A stretch of 64,000 nucleotides of DNA from a virus: positions 1-64,000 of IMG/VR virus record IMGVR_UViG_3300035171_000016. One strand, given 5' to 3'. A model generated the notes under the pieces. That model searched no databases. It was not told the origin of the DNA and worked only from the letters and a program-made list of their open reading frames with translations. The stretch's first letter is position 1. Every line of letters starts with the position of its first letter. Below are positions 1 to 10,451 of this stretch, in pieces. The position numbers and the translations under genes are program-made.

Positions 1-87
1 AATGCGATGTTTTATGTTCTAATTGCCATTCCGAATATCATCATCCGCAATGCAAAGCTGAATATATAGAAGATTATTCTATTTAAA

Positions 88-165
88 TGGTGGGCCGTGC
101 GGGAATTGAACCCGCGGACAATTTCTTATGAGGAAAACGCTATAACCAACGACAGCTTCCGGCCC
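88..165 (-). tRNA. tRNA with CAT anticodon (Met or Ile2)
   Basis: Reverse complement GGGCCGG...TTTC-CTCATAA-GAAA...GCGGGTTCAATTCCCGC-ACGGCCC-ACCA; cloverleaf with encoded CCA. Confidence 0.9.
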
Positions 166-469
166 ATTGTTATTAATACTTAACAAATTTCTCAATATTG
201 GCGCGAGCCAAGTTATCCAAACGCTCGCCATTATTCCGCTTCAATCCACCGGCCACAAATCCGGCCACCTTTGCGGCGTTCGCCTTTCCGCCAACTACGG
301 ACGCAAGGAAGGTAAAGCGGCCATTAGTAAATTCCCACTTTTTAGAATTAAGTTTATATCCATAAACAATTCCGTGAGTATTATAGGTTTGTTCAAATTT
401 TGCCATAATGTTTAATTTTTATTTGTTATTTTGTCAACAGAGATATATTAACGATTTGTTTTATAAAAA

Positions 470-778
470 TCAAGAAATATTTACAGTACTTTCGGCTTTA
501 TTTCCATAATTATAATCATGTCCGATATAAGTCTTTTTAGGAGAAACAAATTCGTAATTATTATACTCCATGCCACTTTCGCCAGTAACATGAGTAATAC
601 CAAGAAAAACTAAAAGACCCCGCTGTTTTTCTGAAATATTAAGATTTTCCGTTGTGATAGTTACTTTGGGCGAAGCATAGCCAGTGTCCAAACCAAACTG
701 TTTAAAAAAACGATTTGAACTACTAATTTTTCCAATTTCAAACAGAATATCAATTGCGCCCTCAATGTTAATTTTCAT
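470..778 (-). CDS. hypothetical protein
   Basis: 102 aa ORF in a packed, co-oriented run. Confidence 0.6.
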   Translation of the reverse strand: MKINIEGAIDILFEIGKISSSNRFFKQFGLDTGYASPKVTITTENLNISEKQRGLLVFLGITHVTGESGMEYNNYEFVSPKKTYIGHDYNYGNKAESTVNIS

Positions 779-2211
779 ATATTTATTATTTATTACGCTT
801 CCGCGTGAAGTTGCTTTACTCGTTGAAATTCACCCTCTGAAACCTCAACTCGTAACGAGCCAATATGAATATAACATTTCAACCCCTCATCATCATAAGC
901 TTTATAATACCGTTGAAAAGCTGAAATATGAGACGAAACAGCTTCAATTGTTTCGTCTTTGGTTTTTGTAAACAGCGGATTGATTTTAATAGTTTTCATA
1001 ATATTAGTTTTGTTTTTTATTTATTACGTCTTTAATATAACGGTTAAATATGAAATGTCAAGTAATTATTAATTATTCCCGTTAAAATCATGCTCTACAA
1101 TAATAACAATACTAGACAAAGTAACTATAATAGTAAAACCGATAGCCAAAATCGGACATAAAAGCCAGAAAGCTTGTGACCAAATATTAGGGCTGTGAGC
1201 GTAACTATTGCTCGCAAATAAAAATACAGTACATAAATACAAGATAATTAAATCAATAATAGCAATAATAGGTTTAGCAATAAAGTTTTTGTTCATAATT
1301 AATTTTTCTTATTAGTTAGCTTAATAAACTTAAAAAACTCAATACGTTTAACTTCTTTCCAAGATTTAGAGTTTTTAAAATAATCTAATTTAAAAGCAGA
1401 CTTTTCTATTGGTGGACAATGTTTCCAAAAACCACCGCTAGGAGAAAACATAATCCCCATGTGATTAAAATCGTCAGGGCGGTTTTCGATAAAATAGGTA
1501 TATTTACTTTTCATATTTTTTAATTATCTGCTTTGGCCTCTTGCCACCCAGTTTCTTCGCCGTCTAAATATCTAGAACGAGCATAGATTTCTACGGCCTT
1601 TAATTGGCACGGAGTTAAATTATTTAATACTTTAATTATTTCTTGTAGTTTTTCTTCTCCAAATTCCTGTGAAATACTATAATGAAAATTAAAAGTAGTA
1701 AACATAAATATTTATTTAATTAAGATATTCTTTCTTAACTGTAAATCCGCCAGTAATACGGTCTACGATATGATAGGTAACATAATTTCTAGTAAAAGTT
1801 GTAATTACATGGCCGGAATAAGGATGATATTCTTTCCATTGCTCCGAGCCTTGGTTAACCGCAATTTTCTTATAACGGTTAAAGAATCGGTCCCATAGAT
1901 TGAGTTTTTCGGATGGATATGAGTTGGCCATAGTTTTTTAATATTTAGATTTGATATACCAGCCATGCTCATTAAATCCACTCATACAAATTGGAATAAT
2001 TACCGCTATCGGAAAAATAAAAGTAAGAAAAGAAATTTTGGACGCAAAACCATAATCTTGTCGTTTACTTTTTTTTGCTATACTTGGATAGCTTTCTTGA
2101 AAATGAGCAAAAACCGTTCCAAAAGTATAGACCGCCGAAATAGTGGCAACAATAAAATAAATAATCAAATAATTCATAAACTTATGATAATATATTTCTT
2201 TTATTTGTCAA

Positions 2212-2571
2212 TTAAAAAGCATCAGGAAATAGACTTTTAGCCTGTTTAAAAGTAATTTTATTCCATCCGATAGACTTGTAAAAAGCAACTCCGCTTATCC
2301 AAGTCTTACTAATATCATCAAAATAACAACCATAATCATTAAGGCTATCCTTACTAAAACGGTAAATATATTTGCAACCAAACGTATCGTGAGTAAAGTA
2401 ATTATATTTATTTTGGCCGGTATTTTTCTTTTGAGTAATAGGTTTTTCTAATTTATTATTAATTTCTTGTAAAAGATTATAAATCTTGTCCTGATTGCGG
2501 AAAAGTCGCGCCTGATTGTTTTGGATTTTATCCAAACCTGTAACTTGTTCTAATTTAGGATATTCTGTCAT
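2212..2571 (-). CDS. hypothetical protein, paralog family B (C-terminal ITxxxAKSxxP)
   Basis: Ends KITFKQAKSLFPDAF; shares IYR...W...IT..AKS..P with 3379-3585 and 5491-5826. Confidence 0.7.
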   Translation of the reverse strand: MTEYPKLEQVTGLDKIQNNQARLFRNQDKIYNLLQEINNKLEKPITQKKNTGQNKYNYFTHDTFGCKYIYRFSKDSLNDYGCYFDDISKTWISGVAFYKSIGWNKITFKQAKSLFPDAF

Positions 2572-2586
2572 ATTATAAAATTTTAA

Positions 2587-2901
2587 TTAAATATTGACCG
2601 CAAGTTGAGGATAATTAGCTTTAAAATATTCCAAATTATCTTGGACCCAATCTATACAGTCAATCCAATTAGACATTCCTTTTTGAATCTCATAAGGAAC
2701 GGGCGCACCTTTTAAACTAATTGGTTCAAAAGTATATCCGGCTGGCGGCTCGTTAGTTTCGTTTAGCATAGTTTCCAATTCCTTACCATAAACGCCACGG
2801 CCAAGTTTATCCTCATATCTAAAGCCATTAAACCGGAAAAACCCAACAAGCCAGCAAAGTTTGCTTCCGTATTTACCGCATTCAGGATATTGTTTAGCCA
2901 T
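2587..2901 (-). CDS. hypothetical protein
   Basis: 104 aa ORF with a promoter 6 nt upstream of the ATG. Confidence 0.65.
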   Translation of the reverse strand: MAKQYPECGKYGSKLCWLVGFFRFNGFRYEDKLGRGVYGKELETMLNETNEPPAGYTFEPISLKGAPVPYEIQKGMSNWIDCIDWVQDNLEYFKANYPQLAVNI

Positions 2902-2907
2902 GAATAG

Positions 2908-2935
2908 AAAATAACAAATATTTATTAATTGTCAA
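2908..2935 (-). promoter_or_regulatory. sigma70-like early promoter giving a probable leaderless mRNA (representative of dozens)
   Basis: TTGACA-N16-TATTTT-N6-ATG; similar at 3355-3382 (TTGACA-N16-TATATT-N6-ATG), 5057-5084 and 5848-5876. Confidence 0.7.
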
Positions 2936-3348
2936 CTAAAACCTAAAGCCTCTTTTTCGGCTTTTGTTAATTTACTTAAAGCGGCCTGACGAATTTTCTT
3001 TCTTTGCGCCGTTCTTTTTTCCATTTCAATTCGTTCCGCGTCCGCTTTTTGGTGTTCTTCCCACCAATCGGCCAAATCTCTAGAATCTTTATTGCGAGCA
3101 TCATAAATGATGGCGTCCTGTTCTTTCTTAGACATTCCAGAACAAATAGAACAAAGCATTACTACTAATTCGTTTAATCTAGCTTTATTACCATAGATTT
3201 CCTTGGCGGCATTGATAATCCAACTTGATACTCCGCGCTCAAAACATTTAAAATCTTTATGGCTATTAATAAAGCATATCAATTGAGCTACCCGCCGACT
3301 CTCAATTTCGTGCCTATCAGGTTCAAGATAATCGCTGTTACATGGCAT
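2932..3348 (-). CDS. hypothetical phage protein
   Basis: 138 aa, MPCNSDY...DWWEEHQKAD; own promoter. Confidence 0.7.
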   Translation of the reverse strand: MPCNSDYLEPDRHEIESRRVAQLICFINSHKDFKCFERGVSSWIINAAKEIYGNKARLNELVVMLCSICSGMSKKEQDAIIYDARNKDSRDLADWWEEHQKADAERIEMEKRTAQRKKIRQAALSKLTKAEKEALGFS

Positions 3349-3378
3349 ATAGGTAATATAATGGTTAATTATTAATTG

Positions 3379-3585
3379 TCAATTAATATGTTTTGGATAC
3401 ATTGATTTTGCGGTTTTTTTAGTAATTCTTTCTAAATCAGATAAATTATTTATTGCGGGTTGCCATTGATTGTAATGGTTATTAATAAGCTGCATTTTCA
3501 CGCCATTATTATTTAATGTTTGTCTATAAATAGTTTTAGGATTATTAAAACTTCTTATGTATATAAAATATTTAACTTTATTCAT
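3379..3585 (-). CDS. hypothetical protein, paralog family B
   Basis: Ends RITKKTAKSMYPKHIN. Confidence 0.65.
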   Translation of the reverse strand: MNKVKYFIYIRSFNNPKTIYRQTLNNNGVKMQLINNHYNQWQPAINNLSDLERITKKTAKSMYPKHIN

Positions 3586-4158
3586 ATTTATCCTTTTGCT
3601 ACCAGCATTCTATTTTTAGATAAAACTGGCGGCTTGATATTTTTCTTAATTAATTTAAGTCTTGACACGGGCATTTCAACGGTAACGCCAAGCGGAACAT
3701 ATAAATCACTATGAGATAAAATATGGTCAGGACAAAGAAAAATGTTGCCAGTCTTTGACATATATTGCGCTGTACGCTTACATTGTCCATTATCACCTAG
3801 CAGAATACCAAACTCGCATCTTGGAGTATTAATCGGCATAAAATAATTAAATTAAATAATCTTTTGTAAATACTTGACCGGCATTCCTATTCCTCTTTTA
3901 GAGTTAAAGGATTTATCATCATTTTCGTCGCAAATATCTACTCTGTCCACCGATAAACCATTATCAGGATAAACTGCGGACACCTTATAACGATATGGAA
4001 AAATCGGTTCATCAGGAAAAACTAATTGCACAATATCACCACGTTGAAAAGATTCGTTCATTTTAATCAACTACGCATTTAGGATTGGCGCATTTTTTAT
4101 CACCTGAAATGAAATATTTAGTTCTCATATCTTTATATTAATGAAATAATAATAATTG

Positions 4159-4680
4159 TCAAGAATTATTCGATAAAATATTAGGAAATAAATTATTTAG
4201 TTTTTCCTCGGCTTCTTTAATTTTAATTTTTTCTTGAGACTTACGTTTTTGCTTGTTAATTTGTAGAAAAGCAGCGTAAATTAAAAAGGATTGGTTTGAA
4301 GTAAACAAATTAGGATAATCGCATCCATGAACTTTACAATCAATATAAGTACCACCACCAACTCTACTACTATAACTAGTTTCAATAGAAATAGTATATT
4401 TTGGCCGGTTAGGATGAGAAAAACGACAATAAACCAAACCCTTTTTACTCGAATCAGTAACTTGTGCCCAATAATATTCAAAGTTTTTAATATCGGCCAT
4501 GATGTTTTCAAAAATCAAATCACCTTTAGTTTTAGGTTTAGGCTGTGGCGGCACAGGCGGCTTTTGTTGTGGAACTGGAGTGTTAAAGTATTTAATACAA
4601 TACTCCATAAACCATATAAGAGAAAAGCCGCTAACAATCGCCACCAGCATAATAACTATAAATTGAAAAAATGTATTCAT
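4159..4680 (-). CDS. membrane-anchored hypothetical protein
   Basis: N-terminal hydrophobic helix then Pro-rich linker PVPQQKPPVPPQPKP. Confidence 0.65.
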   Translation of the reverse strand: MNTFFQFIVIMLVAIVSGFSLIWFMEYCIKYFNTPVPQQKPPVPPQPKPKTKGDLIFENIMADIKNFEYYWAQVTDSSKKGLVYCRFSHPNRPKYTISIETSYSSRVGGGTYIDCKVHGCDYPNLFTSNQSFLIYAAFLQINKQKRKSQEKIKIKEAEEKLNNLFPNILSNNS

Positions 4681-4695
4681 GGTTAAGTATAATAA

Positions 4696-5049
4696 TTATT
4701 TTTTAATTAGTTTGGGATTTTCAAAAATGTTACCAATTATTTTAACACCAGTAGCAAACACATCCCAATTTAAATTCCATCCATAATATTCAAATATAAC
4801 TTCTTGTGAATAATCAACAAAAACATCGTTTGATTTAATTTTTCCTTTAATAATATCTCCCTCAAAAATTTTCTTATTATTTATATCAATAAGTCCAGTG
4901 AATTGTTGGAAAATATAATATTCTTCGCCGTTCTTAAAATTGAATATTCCGTTTTTAAAATCAGTATCACCAAATAGTTCGCCATTTTTAAAACAAAAAG
5001 ATTTACGCTCTTTATCCCAAACCCGAAATTCAATTTCTCTTGTTTTCAT
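4696..5049 (-). CDS. YopX-family protein
   Basis: REIEFRVWD...QFTGLIDINNKKIFEGDI...IIGNIFENP. Confidence 0.85.
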   Translation of the reverse strand: MKTREIEFRVWDKERKSFCFKNGELFGDTDFKNGIFNFKNGEEYYIFQQFTGLIDINNKKIFEGDIIKGKIKSNDVFVDYSQEVIFEYYGWNLNWDVFATGVKIIGNIFENPKLIKK

Positions 5050-5490
5050 TGAATAAATAGTAACGATTAATTATTAATTGTCAAGTAATTATTTAATACT
5101 AATTAAATCTCTCGCCAATGAGTCGGCGCGTAATAAACATACATAGACATATCATCATGCCACCAATGATTCTTTTCAAAACGAAGATTAGCAATATTCC
5201 GTTCGCCTTTACTGTCTGAAATTTTAGTTTCGACAATACGGTTAGTATTAGGTTTAAGCAGATACAAAGGAATCCATTGGTTGTTATTCATATTAATTTT
5301 TAGTTTTAAATTGTATTAAATTCCGTCAGAAACCTTAAATTTCTTGCGAGAATAGACCTTTTTTGAGCCTTTAATCTTGGTAACTGGGGACATCGCGCCC
5401 CAATGCCGTCGAACCTTAATTTTTTTAGATTTATTCTTCATATATCTAAGAATAATGAATTACTTAGTATTTGTCAATTAATATTTAATA

Positions 5491-5826
5491 TTAATCAAAA
5501 GCTTCTGGATAAAAACTTTTGGCCTCGGTTTTAGTTATATCTTTTTCATAAGACCCTCGCAAACAAGATGCCGCAACCCATTCATTCGTATTAACAAAAC
5601 ATTCACATTTATCATTCTTCCAGCGATAAATAGTTGTTTTACCTGCGCTTACAATTTTAGTATATTGGTATTTATTATTATCGGATATTACTTTGTCAGC
5701 CCTCTTAACCGCGTCAACCAAACGCAAACTAACTCCGTTCGCATGGCCGCAATCTTCAAGATTTACAGTTGATTTAATAGCGTCTCTCAATTCTTTAAGA
5801 GTCTCAAATAATTTTGTAGTATTCAT
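5491..5826 (-). CDS. hypothetical protein, paralog family B
   Basis: Ends DITKTEAKSFYPEAFD. Confidence 0.65.
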   Translation of the reverse strand: MNTTKLFETLKELRDAIKSTVNLEDCGHANGVSLRLVDAVKRADKVISDNNKYQYTKIVSAGKTTIYRWKNDKCECFVNTNEWVAASCLRGSYEKDITKTEAKSFYPEAFD

Positions 5827-5995
5827 GTATTTAAATTCAATACCTGAATATTAATGAATTAAAAACCAAATGTCAACAAATTTTTTACTATCCTAAAGTC
5901 CCAACCACAACCAACAGAAGAATTACTAATATAACAAATATCATTCCACTATGATACTACTAAACTCGTCCAGAAACAAGACAAAATAAATACAA

Positions 5996-6220
5996 CTAAT
6001 AGCCGTAAGGATATTCTTTATTAGTTTTAAATCTAATATCAGGAATTTTTCTAAGGACAACAGAAGATAAACTATGTTTTACTTTTCCATAAGACTTTCC
6101 AAGAGAATCATGGACAGGATAAAAAATACCACCATCTAAAAATAAATTTCCTTTTACAAGGATATAATTATCATCTGTTATTTGCTCATATCCATCGGGA
6201 ATTTCTATTTCTTTATTCAT
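5996..6220 (-). CDS. YPxGY-tail family small protein
   Basis: IPDGY at N-terminus; ends RFKTNKEYPYGY. Confidence 0.8.
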   Translation of the reverse strand: MNKEIEIPDGYEQITDDNYILVKGNLFLDGGIFYPVHDSLGKSYGKVKHSLSSVVLRKIPDIRFKTNKEYPYGY

Positions 6221-6225
6221 ATTAA

Positions 6226-6492
6226 TTAATATCCAAAAGGATATTCTTTATCAGTTTTAAATCTTTTAGTAATATGTATTCCTACTTTAACATTATGAGC
6301 ATCACAAATAGAAGAAATTTTACATCCTATAAAGCCTCCCAGTTCATTCCAAATTTTTGAACCAACGCCGCGATAAAAATATTTGCCTAAATCATAATTA
6401 ATAATATGATTTCCGTCCGTTATTTCTGTAATTTCAATATCCAAAGGGGTATGGTTTTTCTGTTTTAAATTTTGGCGCGATTTTTCTAACAA
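6226..6492 (-). CDS. YPxGY-tail family small protein (start uncertain)
   Basis: Ends RFKTDKEYPFGY; the TTG start overlaps the upstream paralog, so the true start may lie near 6438. Confidence 0.7.
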   Translation of the reverse strand: MLEKSRQNLKQKNHTPLDIEITEITDGNHIINYDLGKYFYRGVGSKIWNELGGFIGCKISSICDAHNVKVGIHITKRFKTDKEYPFGY

Positions 6493-6652
6493 CTACATTA
6501 GAAACATATCTATGCACCCATGCAACTGTATTTCCTAAAGAGTTAGTTTCAAATGAAACAAATCCATCTTTCCAAGCATTATAATACATATCGCCAGCTT
6601 TAATAAGAGTGTTCTCATTTTTTATCTGACTATAACCATTAGGAATATTCAT
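6434..6652 (-). CDS. YPxGY-tail family small protein
   Basis: IPNGY at N-terminus; ends KFKTEKPYPFGY. Confidence 0.8.
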   Translation of the reverse strand: MNIPNGYSQIKNENTLIKAGDMYYNAWKDGFVSFETNSLGNTVAWVHRYVSNVVVRKIAPKFKTEKPYPFGY

Positions 6653-6654
6653 AT

Positions 6655-6873
6655 CTAATAACCATACGGATAAGGATTAGGCGATTTAAATCTTGGTTTA
6701 CTTTTTTTAATTACAAAACCAGTCACATTTCTTCTAGCATAACTAAAGGTCGCGCCTATCAAATCATTAACTGGCAAAAAACCACCATACCAACCTAAAA
6801 ACATATCTCCATCTTTGATGATATATTTATCATCTTTAACTAATTCATATCCATCTGGAATTTCTATAGCCAT
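6655..6873 (-). CDS. YPxGY-tail family small protein
   Basis: IPDGY at N-terminus; ends RFKSPNPYPYGY. Confidence 0.8.
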   Translation of the reverse strand: MAIEIPDGYELVKDDKYIIKDGDMFLGWYGGFLPVNDLIGATFSYARRNVTGFVIKKSKPRFKSPNPYPYGY

Positions 6874-6878
6874 AATTT

Positions 6879-7157
6879 CTAGTAACCGAATGGATAGGGT
6901 TTTTTGGATTTAAATCGCGGCTTATCATTATAAATAGCTACAATATACTTGCCTTCGTGGATTTGATTTCCAAAAGCCTCTTTGGTATTCCAGCCAGCAT
7001 AACCAGATACCTTTTCCCAAGTTTTATCTTTTTCTAATTTGAAATAGTCGCCAAATTTTAAAGTATATGTTTTAAACTTTTCGTCACTAATAATAGTGTA
7101 ATCTTTAGGCAGTACTTTAGTCGTATTTGGCAAATTTGTTTTTTCTTGCTCGTTCAT
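6879..7157 (-). CDS. YPxGY-tail family small protein
   Basis: LPKDY; ends RFKSKKPYPFGY. Confidence 0.8.
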   Translation of the reverse strand: MNEQEKTNLPNTTKVLPKDYTIISDEKFKTYTLKFGDYFKLEKDKTWEKVSGYAGWNTKEAFGNQIHEGKYIVAIYNDKPRFKSKKPYPFGY

Positions 7158-7163
7158 AATTAA

Positions 7164-7367
7164 TTAAATTGTTTCTAAATCAATATTCCAGTTATTTTTT
7201 GAAAAGCGATTTAAAGGAAAGAATGCCTTACCATCATTATTTAGGTGCAGGGAATAGAATGGTTTATTTTTATCTGGCGGGTATAGTTTAATTCTAGAGC
7301 CTTGGCCGGATTTAGTGGTAAATCCTAACTTTTTAAGGTTTTTGATTATCTTATGTATATTTTGCAT
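7164..7367 (-). CDS. possible HicA-like (dsRBD-fold) small protein
   Basis: IIKNLKKLGF...GQGSRIKL resembles HicA L..LGF....GSH; His is replaced by Arg. Confidence 0.4.
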   Translation of the reverse strand: MQNIHKIIKNLKKLGFTTKSGQGSRIKLYPPDKNKPFYSLHLNNDGKAFFPLNRFSKNNWNIDLETI

Positions 7368-7667
7368 AATTATTCCCCAAGATATTCTCCGTCAAGATTA
7401 TAATAATCATTTTTAATCGCTACCGGATTAACTAATTTAGAGGCAAAATTAGGATTTAATGATAGTTTGAGAAATACCAAATCTCGCGCCTTCCTGTTTT
7501 TTGTAAAATTAATTAATTCAAAATGCTCCTTATATTTTACATCTAAAGTAAAATCCCCATTCCAGCGAAATTTCCGAATTGCTATAACCGAGTCATTTAA
7601 AATAAATTCCTCGAAATTAGTCATTCCGTCTTTCTTTTTAGTTAAAACAAAATTCATGTAATTAGTA

Positions 7668-7943
7668 TTAATATCCAAATGGATAAGGTTTTTTAGTGAC
7701 AAATCTAATTGGCGGTCTCTTAGTACAGATTAAAATAGGTTTAAATTCAGGATATAGCTGTTTTATCTCTCTAATACTGCGGCCAGCTAACTTAGCAAAA
7801 TCTCTATAAACTCTCCCCCAAGTACGAGAAATATCCTCTCCCCAGTTTCCTAGATTATATCTATCCTCTCTATCAACAATATAAGCATTATCGGTTACTA
7901 AATAATGACCAGCGGGCAGTTTTACTTTAATTTCGTCTGGCAT
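7668..7943 (-). CDS. YPxGY-tail family small protein
   Basis: LPAGHY; ends RFVTKKPYPFGY. Confidence 0.8.
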   Translation of the reverse strand: MPDEIKVKLPAGHYLVTDNAYIVDREDRYNLGNWGEDISRTWGRVYRDFAKLAGRSIREIKQLYPEFKPILICTKRPPIRFVTKKPYPFGY

Positions 7944-7945
7944 AA

Positions 7946-8158
7946 TTAATATCCATGAGGAAAAGGTTTATCGTTTTCAAATTTAGGTTTATCTTTTTTA
8001 ATAAAAAATCTTATAGTTGGATAGCTTTTTCTATAATAACTTAGTTTTAATCCAGTTCCACAACCATTAATTTTATGATATGTATTACTTTCGTATAAAT
8101 AATAATAACCATCATAAATCATGCCGTTTGCATTAGTTATTTCTTCATAATAGTCCAT
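7946..8158 (-). CDS. YPxGY-tail family small protein
   Basis: Ends KFENDKPFPHGY. Confidence 0.75.
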   Translation of the reverse strand: MDYYEEITNANGMIYDGYYYLYESNTYHKINGCGTGLKLSYYRKSYPTIRFFIKKDKPKFENDKPFPHGY

Positions 8159-8198
8159 ACAGATACATGAATATAATAAATAAAAGCCATAATGTCAA

Positions 8199-8233
8199 TA
8201 AAAAAAAGGAGCGAACGGTTAAATTCGCTCCTT
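8199..8233 (-). terminator. intrinsic terminator
   Basis: AAGGAGCGAA-TTTAACCG-TTCGCTCCTT followed by a T run on the minus strand. Confidence 0.85.
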
Positions 8234-8251
8234 GCCGCTATTACACGCTAG

Positions 8252-8596
8252 TTAGGCCGGAATTTCTGGAGAATTGACGGTTTGCTCGCCAATAACATTT
8301 TCGGTAGTCGCTACGGCCTCGGTAACTTGTACGTTGACAGTCGGCGCGTGCTTCTTTTCCTTATTCTTAATTACAACCTCATTAATAGAAGTTACCGGAG
8401 TAATACCGTGCTGATAATCTTTAACAGAGCGGTGGAGGGTGATTTCAAGACACTTGGTTCCCGCCTTTACGCGGCCCTTGCCAAACACCTTATAAGCTCC
8501 GTTGGCGTCAGGAATGCTAATACGGATAGTCTTGGTTGCGGTTGGAACTAGCGGGCGGCCACGGCCACGCTTTACTGGATTTTGGTTTTCGTTCAT
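8252..8596 (-). CDS. AT-hook-containing putative DNA-binding protein
   Basis: PVKRGRGRP AT-hook; has its own promoter and terminator. Confidence 0.6.
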   Translation of the reverse strand: MNENQNPVKRGRGRPLVPTATKTIRISIPDANGAYKVFGKGRVKAGTKCLEITLHRSVKDYQHGITPVTSINEVVIKNKEKKHAPTVNVQVTEAVATTENVIGEQTVNSPEIPA

Positions 8597-8691
8597 AATG
8601 TTATTTTTTTGTTTTTTTTATTTTATTGTCGTATTTAGATAATAATACTAAAAAAACGATTTGTCAAATAAATTTTTAATAAATTTGTAAA

Positions 8692-9240
8692 TCAGAAATC
8701 AGGGTCCATATCCCAATTTTTCCAATCAATTGCTGATATATAGTCTGAATAATCTTTTGGTTTTTTTATTTGTTTATTTATTACTTTTTCTTCTTTTTTC
8801 TTTATCCATGGCTTAATAACGATATTATTTTCAGTATTTTTTGGCTCAAAACCAGCTAAATCCTTAAATTCAGGAATTTTTAATTTTAAATCAGGATTAA
8901 ATCCGGCTAAAACACCTTCGACACTATAAATAAAGGTTTTAAGTAATTTTACGGACAAATCATCGTTCATTCTTAAATCGTGCCTAAATCCTAAATAAAT
9001 AGAAGATTTTCCTTTATCGGTAATATCTAATTTAACGCTAATATTATTCTTAGTTAAAAATTTAATAAAAGGAGCGAATATTTTAGGATTAATATTCTTT
9101 TTATGTTCTATCAAGATGGCCGGATTATCTTCTTGCTTTAGTCCATAAAAACGATAATTCCTTTTAGTTTTAAAACCTTCAAAATGACAGGCTTCAAAAA
9201 TTTCTGGAATATTAAAATCTTTATTATTAATTGTAATCAT
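8692..9240 (-). CDS. hypothetical protein, paralog of 25509-25925
   Basis: YRFYGLKQEDNPAILI and GFRHDLR versus YRVYGLKQENNPPMLI and GLRKDLR. Confidence 0.7.
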   Translation of the reverse strand: MITINNKDFNIPEIFEACHFEGFKTKRNYRFYGLKQEDNPAILIEHKKNINPKIFAPFIKFLTKNNISVKLDITDKGKSSIYLGFRHDLRMNDDLSVKLLKTFIYSVEGVLAGFNPDLKLKIPEFKDLAGFEPKNTENNIVIKPWIKKKEEKVINKQIKKPKDYSDYISAIDWKNWDMDPDF

Positions 9241-9415
9241 TTATTTAAAATTTACAAAATTGTAATTAGTATATTCACCATAGTTTCCTCTTTCCTTCAC
9301 TTCTTTTAATTTGTTTATATTTCTATCATTAACCGGCAAACCGTTTGCGGCCAATGTTGCTTTCATACAGCTTTCGCACATGAGTTTGTTCCAACAAAGG
9401 CCGCATTGAATCGTA

Positions 9416-9979
9416 TTAATCATTTAAAAGGATATGTTTTGCCAATAGATATTTATCTACGGCCAATTTAGCCTTGCCAGCCTCGCCAGCATTAACATCT
9501 TTTCGAGTACTAATGTTATGAGTAATATCGGCAAGTTTAACTATTTTCGCAAACCTATTGTGTTTTACGCTTAAAATATAATCTAAATAGGAATCATGTT
9601 CAATATGAGTTAAAGCATTTAAAGAAGCTCTAGCTATATTAAGGAACATTATATCGTCATTATATTTTTTTAATTTATCAATAATATAATTAACCGGAAA
9701 ATCTTTATTATCCTCTGCCGCATCATGTAACAAAGAAATAACTTCTAGCATTTCCGTAAATTGTTTATAGTCAAGACCAAAAGCCAACGCTTCCTGTCTA
9801 GCATAATAAATTAAATTAAATAGTTTTTCTCCAATTTCTTTTTCATTGCTTTGAAGCCACTCATTAACTATTTCACTAACAGCAACAGGATGGGAAATAT
9901 AAGGCGTGATTTTATCGCGCCTAAATTGGCCTTCATGCGCCTTTGTCGCAATTTCTAATGCTTTTTCAACTAAATTCAT
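9416..9979 (-). CDS. HD-domain hydrolase, RelA/SpoT/Mesh1-like
   Basis: ALEIATKAHEGQFR...PYISHPVAV...LLHDAAED...VKLADITHN. Confidence 0.85.
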   Translation of the reverse strand: MNLVEKALEIATKAHEGQFRRDKITPYISHPVAVSEIVNEWLQSNEKEIGEKLFNLIYYARQEALAFGLDYKQFTEMLEVISLLHDAAEDNKDFPVNYIIDKLKKYNDDIMFLNIARASLNALTHIEHDSYLDYILSVKHNRFAKIVKLADITHNISTRKDVNAGEAGKAKLAVDKYLLAKHILLND

Positions 9980-10018
9980 ACCTTTATATTAATAAAAAAA
10001 TCCACAAAGTCAAGAAAT

Positions 10019-10432
10019 TTATGATTTCAAAATAAACTTAAATGGTTTAACAGGCCTTTCTTGCCTATCCCAATCAAGCATAAATTGAGTTACCTCTGGC
10101 GGCGTGAGATATTTCTTGTCGGCCATAATAACCCCATAATTAACAAAAATATAACTAGTAGGAAACATTTTCTTTAGTTTCCTAGTAATTGGACACGGAT
10201 TATAACTACCAACTCTTTTTTCTAAACAGAAATTAATATCTTCCTGCGTGACTTCAACTAAAACAGTTTTACCGTCTGTTTTTTTTAATTTTATTTCTTC
10301 TTTTTTCTCTGTACTTTTTTCTTCTAGCGGTAAGTCTTTTTTTTTAGTTAGTTTCTCGCGCAAATCTTTAAGCTGCCATTCTGAATCAGATAGCTTTTCT
10401 AGTAAAGTAACGTCTTTTAGGTTTAATGCCAT
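10019..10432 (-). CDS. hypothetical protein
   Basis: 137 aa ORF. Confidence 0.6.
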   Translation of the reverse strand: MALNLKDVTLLEKLSDSEWQLKDLREKLTKKKDLPLEEKSTEKKEEIKLKKTDGKTVLVEVTQEDINFCLEKRVGSYNPCPITRKLKKMFPTSYIFVNYGVIMADKKYLTPPEVTQFMLDWDRQERPVKPFKFILKS

Positions 10433-10451
10433 ACTAATAAATTATTTATAA

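Noticed and set aside
5996-8158. CRISPR array or DGR-type repeats
   Set aside because: The recurrent DNA is the codon-degenerate YPxGY tail; there are no identical repeats with regular spacers and no reverse transcriptase or cas gene.
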